Assembly (NCBI GenBank): GCA_016780365.1
Contig: JADHMB010000004.1
Span: 6,160 to 70,159, forward strand
DNA: 64,000 nucleotides
DNA from: Flavobacteriales bacterium
GTDB lineage: Bacteria > Bacteroidota > Bacteroidia > Flavobacteriales_D > Parvicellaceae
Reading direction: 5' to 3'
Position numbers and translations under genes: made by a program. The notes under the pieces were generated by a model, which was not told where the DNA came from, made no database searches, and saw only the letters and a list, made by a program, of their open reading frames with translations. This document shows positions 58,743 to 64,000 of this stretch, one piece after another. Within the stretch, counting starts at the first letter, position 1. Each line of letters opens with the position of its first letter.

Positions 58743-59830
58743 GAGATTAACCTTCTATAGAACAAAAAGATAGCTACTACAGAAAAGAAAATATTTGGAA
58801 ACCACACTGCCAATATTGTATTCCAACCAATGTTTACTGCAGCAACGGTAGTCATTTTCATAAAAAAGACGTAGACCAGACCGCAACAAAGACCTATAAC
58901 TAAATTCTTCCCAACACCCTCTCTTGATTTTCGAGAAGCTACAGAAATTCCTATAACTGTTAAAATATATGCAGCAAATGGATAAGCTGTTCTTTCGTGT
59001 CTACTGATGTCAATTTGAGCAATAGAGTTTCCTTTATTTTCCTCTTTTTCTCTGTATTTAATGAGTTCTGGAGTGGTCATAGCATAGGTAATTGCAGAAC
59101 GCTGTCCAAGGTCACTTATGTTAAAAGACAGAACTGTATCAATTATTTTTCTGGTGATAAGTTCGTCATTGATTTTGCCAATTTTTCTTATAAAAGTATT
59201 TTTAAGCTTCCAGTTGTACAATACACTATCTCCTTCAGCACGCTCTACTTGCATATCACTTTCTAGCTCCCATTGTCCATTTTCATTTTCTCTCCAATTC
59301 TCCACCCAAAGTCGTCTAACTGTAGTAGTATTTCCTATAAACTGACGATAACTAACAATCGTTCCTTCACTAACCTCCAAATGAACATCTTTAAAATTTA
59401 CATTGTATTTGGTAAATTTATTTTCAAAATCCAACCTATTCTTATTTGCATAAGGAGCAACATAGTGATTCATTAAAACTGAAATAACTAATAAAAAAGA
59501 AGAAGCAATAATATAGGGTCTGGAAAACCTCCAAAAACTAACCCCATTACTTAAAATTGCAACAATTTCTAATCTTTGAGCCATAAAACTTGTAAACCAC
59601 AGTACAGATAGAAAGATAATTAACGAGGAAAATAAATTTGCGTAATGAATAAAGAAATAAGGGTAGTATTCAGTAATTATTTTATAAAATGTAAGGTTGT
59701 TTTCAGGATTAATAAAGTCTTTCAATTTTTCTGAAACATCAAAAATTATAGATATACTCATAACTACACCTATCATGAAAACATAGGTTCCAAGGAATTT
59801 TTTCACAATAAACCAATCTAATTTTTTCAT
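58739..59830 (-). CDS. LptF/LptG-family (YjgP/YjgQ) LPS export permease
   Basis: 363 aa with three N-terminal TM segments, a periplasmic beta-jellyroll-like middle and three C-terminal TM segments, which is the typical family layout. Confidence 0.75.
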   Translation of the reverse strand: MKKLDWFIVKKFLGTYVFMIGVVMSISIIFDVSEKLKDFINPENNLTFYKIITEYYPYFFIHYANLFSSLIIFLSVLWFTSFMAQRLEIVAILSNGVSFWRFSRPYIIASSFLLVISVLMNHYVAPYANKNRLDFENKFTKYNVNFKDVHLEVSEGTIVSYRQFIGNTTTVRRLWVENWRENENGQWELESDMQVERAEGDSVLYNWKLKNTFIRKIGKINDELITRKIIDTVLSFNISDLGQRSAITYAMTTPELIKYREKEENKGNSIAQIDISRHERTAYPFAAYILTVIGISVASRKSREGVGKNLVIGLCCGLVYVFFMKMTTVAAVNIGWNTILAVWFPNIFFSVVAIFLFYRRLIS

Positions 59831-59838
59831 TTTTTACT

Positions 59839-60969
59839 TTAGAGTCTTTCAACGAGTTTAACAACCATTTTATTTTTCCATTCCGTAAAAGTTCCTTCCT
59901 CAATTTTAATTCTAGATTCGTTTACTAGCCACAAATAGAAAGAAAGATTATGGATACTTGCAATTTGAGGACCTAGCATTTCTTTTGACACAAATAAATG
60001 TCTAAGATAGGATCTGGAATAACGTTTGTCAACACTAGAAAAACCATTGGGGTCAATCGGATTAAAATCATTTTCCCATTTTTTATTTTTTATATTTATT
60101 ATTCCCTCACTTGTAAATAACATTCCATTTCTTGCATTTCTTGATGGCATAACACAATCAAACATATCAATTCCCAAAGCAATACATTCCAATAAATTAG
60201 ATGGTGTTCCCACCCCCATTAAATACCTTGGTTTATCAACAGGTAAAATAGCACAAACTTCTTCTGTATGTTTGTACATTAAATCATGTGGCTCACCAAC
60301 AGAAAGACCGCCAATTGCATTGCCTGGCATATCAAAAGATGCAATTAATTCTGCACTTTGTTTTCTTAAATCTGAATAAGTGCTTCCTTGAACAATAGGA
60401 AAAAGAACTTGTGAATAATCGTATTTAAAAGGAGTTGAATTAAACCCATCTACACATCTTTTTAGCCAACGGTGGGTCATTTCCATAGAATCCTTAGCAT
60501 AAGAATAATCGCATGGATATGGGGTACATTCGTCAAAAGCCATTATAATATCTGCACCAATTGATTTTTGAATTTCCATTACGTTTTCTGGTGTGAAAAA
60601 ATGGGAAGATCCATCAATATGGGATTTAAATTTAACCCCTTGTTCAGTAATTTTCCTTCTTCCGGAAAGACTATAAACTTGGTATCCTCCAGAGTCTGTT
60701 AAGATAGGTCTGTCCCATGAAATAAATTTATGTAATCCTCCTATACTTTCTAGAGTTTCAATACCCGGTCTTAAATATAAATGGTATGTATTGCCTAAAA
60801 TTATTTGTGCGTTAATTTGATCTTCTAAATCTCTTTGGGAAACTGATTTTACCGTTCCTGCAGTCCCAACAGGCATAAATATTGGTGTTTTTATCTCACC
60901 ATGGTCAGTTTTTAAAATACCTGACCTTGCATTTGAATTCTTATCTTTTTTTGAGAGAGTAAAGTTCAT
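59839..60969 (-). CDS. tgt: tRNA-guanine(34) transglycosylase
   Basis: TPIFMPVGT, LTDSGG(Y)Q, the catalytic MAFDEC, GGLSVGE, and the zinc-site context CxC..C (a variant here: DCVMPSRNARNG). Confidence 0.93.
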   Translation of the reverse strand: MNFTLSKKDKNSNARSGILKTDHGEIKTPIFMPVGTAGTVKSVSQRDLEDQINAQIILGNTYHLYLRPGIETLESIGGLHKFISWDRPILTDSGGYQVYSLSGRRKITEQGVKFKSHIDGSSHFFTPENVMEIQKSIGADIIMAFDECTPYPCDYSYAKDSMEMTHRWLKRCVDGFNSTPFKYDYSQVLFPIVQGSTYSDLRKQSAELIASFDMPGNAIGGLSVGEPHDLMYKHTEEVCAILPVDKPRYLMGVGTPSNLLECIALGIDMFDCVMPSRNARNGMLFTSEGIINIKNKKWENDFNPIDPNGFSSVDKRYSRSYLRHLFVSKEMLGPQIASIHNLSFYLWLVNESRIKIEEGTFTEWKNKMVVKLVERL

Positions 60970-61052
60970 AAAACTGTGGATAAACTGCTGTAGAACAAAT
61001 ATAGAACATCTTAATTAAGCAATACTTTTAATTTTTAAATGTTTTAATACAA

Positions 61053-62144
61053 ATGACCTATTTTGAAATTGGATTTATTTTTCTTGTTGCAAGTTTTTTA
61101 ATTCAATGTTTTTATTTGTTTTATTTCAGCGCTAGAGTAGCCTTTATCAAAGAAAATAAAAGTGTAGAGAAAAAAGGGATAACCGTAATTATTTGCGCAA
61201 GAAATGAAAATGAAAACCTTAAAAAAAATCTTCCATTAATACTTAATCAAAAATACGATGACTTTGAGGTCATTGTTGTTAATGACAGGTCTTGGGATAA
61301 TAGTATTGAAATATTAAACAATTTTAAAGCTCAGTACTCCCATCTTAAAATAGTGGATATTCCCGATAATAAAACCGATAATTTTGGAAAAAAACTAGCA
61401 ATTACCATTGGGATAAAGGCGGCCAAAAACAACTATTTATTGTTTACAGATGCGGACTGTCATCCCTTGTCAGAATATTGGATAAATGAAATGAGTAAAG
61501 GCTTTCAAGAGGAAAAGCAAATAGTAATTGGCGTAGGCATATACGAAAAAGAAAAAGGATTTTTAAATAAAATTATAAGATTTGACACAGTTCAAATAGC
61601 AATAAACTCTTTAGGATATGCAAAAGCAAAATTAGCCTACATGGGCGTTGGCAGGAATTTAGCTTACCACCAGGATGTTTATTACTTAAACGATGGATTT
61701 AAATCCCATTACCATGTAGAGTCTGGAGATGATGATCTATTTGTTAATCAAGCATCCAATATAAGCAACACCCAAGTCATATTTAATTCTAAAAGCATGA
61801 CAATATCAAAGCCCAAAAAAGAATTTAAAAACTGGGTTTATCAAAAAAGAAGACACCATACTACAAATTTTAAATACAAGAAAAAGCACAAAATTTTATT
61901 AGGTATGCAATATTTAAGTGCATTAGCCTTCTACTTTTCAGTAATATTTTCACTCTTTTCAATTAATTATATTAAGATTGGTCTACTTCTCTTTACAGTA
62001 AGGTATTTATTAATAATAGCTATAAATTTCAAAGCTTTCAAGATTATGATGTGCAAAGATCTTCTTTGGGCATTCCCAATTTATGAAATCATCTTACTAT
62101 TTTGTCATCCTATCTTTCAAATAAATAGAAGAATTAGACTTTAA
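61053..62144 (+). CDS. Family 2 glycosyltransferase, membrane-associated
   Basis: ITVIICARNE...EVIVVNDRSWD, and a D-x-D-like segment (FTDADC). The C-terminus has TM helices. Confidence 0.75.
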   Translation: MTYFEIGFIFLVASFLIQCFYLFYFSARVAFIKENKSVEKKGITVIICARNENENLKKNLPLILNQKYDDFEVIVVNDRSWDNSIEILNNFKAQYSHLKIVDIPDNKTDNFGKKLAITIGIKAAKNNYLLFTDADCHPLSEYWINEMSKGFQEEKQIVIGVGIYEKEKGFLNKIIRFDTVQIAINSLGYAKAKLAYMGVGRNLAYHQDVYYLNDGFKSHYHVESGDDDLFVNQASNISNTQVIFNSKSMTISKPKKEFKNWVYQKRRHHTTNFKYKKKHKILLGMQYLSALAFYFSVIFSLFSINYIKIGLLLFTVRYLLIIAINFKAFKIMMCKDLLWAFPIYEIILLFCHPIFQINRRIRL

Positions 62145-62761
62145 TGGAGAAAGAAAAATCGTTATCACACCTTTCGGAAAAGGCTCAAAAAGATTATGAA
62201 TTAGTCCTAAGAGCGACCAATAACAAAGACCAACAAGCATTTTCTGATTTAATGGATAAGTATAAAGATCCAATATACTATATGTTATTAAAGATGGTTA
62301 ATAATAATGATGATGCAGAAGATTTAACATTAGAGGCATTTGGGAAAGCATTCAACAGATTAAACCAATACACTCCAAATTTTGCATTTAGTACTTGGCT
62401 ATTTAAAATTGCAACAAATAATTGTATCGATTTTCTTAGAAAAAAGAAGAAAAACGTAATGTCTATAGATAATCTTGTCTCCAATAATGACGGAGAGGAA
62501 TATATGTTCGAAATAAAAAGTGACGGAATGACTCCTGAGCAAATAGCTATGAATGAGCAGAAAATACAATTAATGAGACAGTATGTGAAAAAATTAAAAC
62601 CTAGATACGAAATCTTAGTTGAAATGAGGTATTTTAAAGAAATGAGCTACGAGGAAATATCTATAGAGCTAAATCTACCATTAGGAACAGTTAAAGCTCA
62701 ACTCTTTAGAGCAAGAGAATTTCTGTACAACATAATGAAACACAGCTTTGAAACAATTTGA
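62144..62761 (+). CDS. Sigma-70 family (group 4/ECF-like) RNA polymerase sigma factor
   Basis: Region 2 reads DLTLEAFGKAF....FSTWLFKIATNNCIDFLRKKK. Region 4 reads MSYEEISIELNLPLGTVKAQLFRAREFL. Confidence 0.8.
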   Translation: MEKEKSLSHLSEKAQKDYELVLRATNNKDQQAFSDLMDKYKDPIYYMLLKMVNNNDDAEDLTLEAFGKAFNRLNQYTPNFAFSTWLFKIATNNCIDFLRKKKKNVMSIDNLVSNNDGEEYMFEIKSDGMTPEQIAMNEQKIQLMRQYVKKLKPRYEILVEMRYFKEMSYEEISIELNLPLGTVKAQLFRAREFLYNIMKHSFETI

Positions 62762-63395
62762 TTCCGCAAAAATAATTCAATATTATTTTCCAAACTTAGA
62801 TCAAAATCAAATGCATCAATTTGAAACTCTTAAAGATCTTTATCTAGATTGGAATTCTAAAATTAATGTTATTAGCAGAAAAGATACAGAAAACTTTTAT
62901 ACAAGACATGTGTTACATTCATTAGCCATAGCTAAATTTATTGATTTTAAAAAATACACAAAAATATTAGATGTAGGAACTGGCGGTGGTTTTCCTGGCA
63001 TTCCATTAGCGATATATTTTAAGGACACTTCATTTACATTGGTTGATTCAATTGGCAAAAAAATAAAGGTTGTTGACCAAATTATTGAGGATTTGGAAAT
63101 AAAAAATGTTAAATCAAAAATTGAAAGAGCTGAAAATATTTCTGAGAAATTTGACTTTATAGTTAGTAGAGCAGTAACCCAACTTGAGAGATTTTGTCCT
63201 TGGGTAGAACAAAACATTGCAAAATCAAATAAAAATGAAATTCAAAATGGAATTATTTATTTAAAAGGTGGTGATTTGAAAGAAGAAATTCAAAAAGTCT
63301 CTAAACGGTACAATTTTAAAATCGAGAAAATTATTAATTATTTTGAAGATTCTTTTTTTGAGAGTAAATCAATTTTATACCTACACAAAAAATAA
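62748..63395 (+). CDS. rsmG: 16S rRNA (guanine527-N7)-methyltransferase
   Basis: WNSKINVISRK.....RHVLHSL, and the SAM motif LDVGTGGGFPGIPLAI. The start is a TTG that overlaps the sigma gene by 14 nt. Confidence 0.88.
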   Translation: MKQFDSAKIIQYYFPNLDQNQMHQFETLKDLYLDWNSKINVISRKDTENFYTRHVLHSLAIAKFIDFKKYTKILDVGTGGGFPGIPLAIYFKDTSFTLVDSIGKKIKVVDQIIEDLEIKNVKSKIERAENISEKFDFIVSRAVTQLERFCPWVEQNIAKSNKNEIQNGIIYLKGGDLKEEIQKVSKRYNFKIEKIINYFEDSFFESKSILYLHKK

Positions 63396-63468
63396 ATTTT
63401 AACATATACCTTTTTTTGTTTGAATTAAGCTAATTTAACAGAATAGAAAATTATAATTCATAAAGAAA

Positions 63469-64000
63469 TTGCCAACTAGACATATTATATTATCTATACT
63501 AACCGTTTTAGCTTTTAATATTCTTGGGCAGAATTTAGAATCTAGATCTACAGATGTCAAAATTCAAAGGTTATTGTTTCTTATTGAACAAATGTATGTA
63601 GAGGAGGTGGATGAAAATAAACTGCAAAGTGATTTAGTTCTAGGAATGTATAATTACCTAAGACCAATGGCACTTTACCAACCTGACTCTATATTTGAAA
63701 CGCTTGGTATAACACCATCTGAAAAAACCTCTCTTGGTTTTACAATTAAATTCAAAAAAGGAAAAATTCTTGTTGATAGTGTGTTTAAAGGCAGTGGTGC
63801 AGAAATATCAAACATTAAAAAAAATGATCAAGTTCTAGAAATTAATAACAATAATTTAAAAGAGTTTTACTATTATTCTGAATTCAATAAGGTGTTGTGC
63901 GGTGAAAAAAATTCAAAATGTGAGGTTAAATTAGTCAGAGATAAAGACACTTTAAAGCTTGATGTGGTTAGAAAAAAAATACCAAATTCAAGTATCATAC
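63469..64000 (+). CDS. Partial (3'-truncated) S41-family C-terminal processing peptidase, N-terminal and PDZ region
   Basis: TTG start with a signal-like segment HIILSILTVLAFNILGQ. Has an S41 N-terminal helix (KIQRLLFLIEQMYVEEVDENKL) and a PDZ-like segment GFTIKFKKGKILVDSVFKGSGAEISNIKKNDQVLEINN. The ORF runs off the window end. Confidence 0.55.
   Translation, partial: MPTRHIILSILTVLAFNILGQNLESRSTDVKIQRLLFLIEQMYVEEVDENKLQSDLVLGMYNYLRPMALYQPDSIFETLGITPSEKTSLGFTIKFKKGKILVDSVFKGSGAEISNIKKNDQVLEINNNNLKEFYYYSEFNKVLCGEKNSKCEVKLVRDKDTLKLDVVRKKIPNSSII

Noticed and set aside
63460-63471. A second gene (the S41 peptidase) also has an in-frame ATA just upstream of its start (ATA AAG AAA TTG gives (M)KKLPTRH...). 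Together with lpxH this hinted at systematic ATA initiation or even ATA=Met recoding.
   Set aside because: A legitimate TTG start exists at 63469. ATA is very common in this AT-rich genome. ATA clearly decodes as Ile at conserved positions, for example 56802-56804 in the ahcY GRKEI motif.

Overview
This is a visibly AT-rich, gene-dense chromosomal segment with 55 CDS calls and 1 tRNA. It reads like a Flavobacteriia (Bacteroidota) genome. Evidence for that: three secreted proteins carry type-9-secretion C-terminal sorting domains, two intergenic regions carry Bacteroidetes-type TTTG/TTG...TAnnTTTG promoter boxes, many gene junctions are overlapping ATGA/TAATG/TTGA start-stop pairs, and the ProRS is the long archaeal/eukaryote type. 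Most of the window is housekeeping: trxA, dnaE, rluD, nadC, rsmE, purB, cinA, acnB, upp, wecB, rpsT, tRNA-Glu, proS, lpxK, PNP, gatB, lpxH, gap, lipA, ung, ahcY, lptF/G-like, tgt and rsmG. I saw no transposase, integrase, CRISPR array, rRNA or recognisable defence system.

The most interesting locus is a tightly packed co-directional block at 17024-20651. It holds a beta-helix lipoprotein with a degenerate CotH-like N-terminus, a soluble VTC (polyphosphate-polymerase-type triphosphate tunnel) domain protein, a multi-pass DUF4956 membrane protein that overlaps it, and a family I inorganic pyrophosphatase that appears to carry a lipoprotein signal. A bona fide CotH-kinase lipoprotein lies about 5 kb upstream. 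I interpret this as an uncharacterised envelope polyphosphate/pyrophosphate module.

Other points of interest:
- lpxH has no canonical start codon, and an ATAA junction suggests an ATA start.
- dnaE carries an N-terminal DEDDh exonuclease fusion.
- The COG1579 'zinc-ribbon' protein has lost all four Cys ligands.
- A 58-aa lipoprotein gene falls below the ORF-track cutoff.
- upp, a 4-TM protein and a HAD nucleotidase-like gene form a coupled operon.
- An M1 peptidase has a long beta-rich C-terminal extension.

All product calls come from motif recognition by eye. No database search was run.
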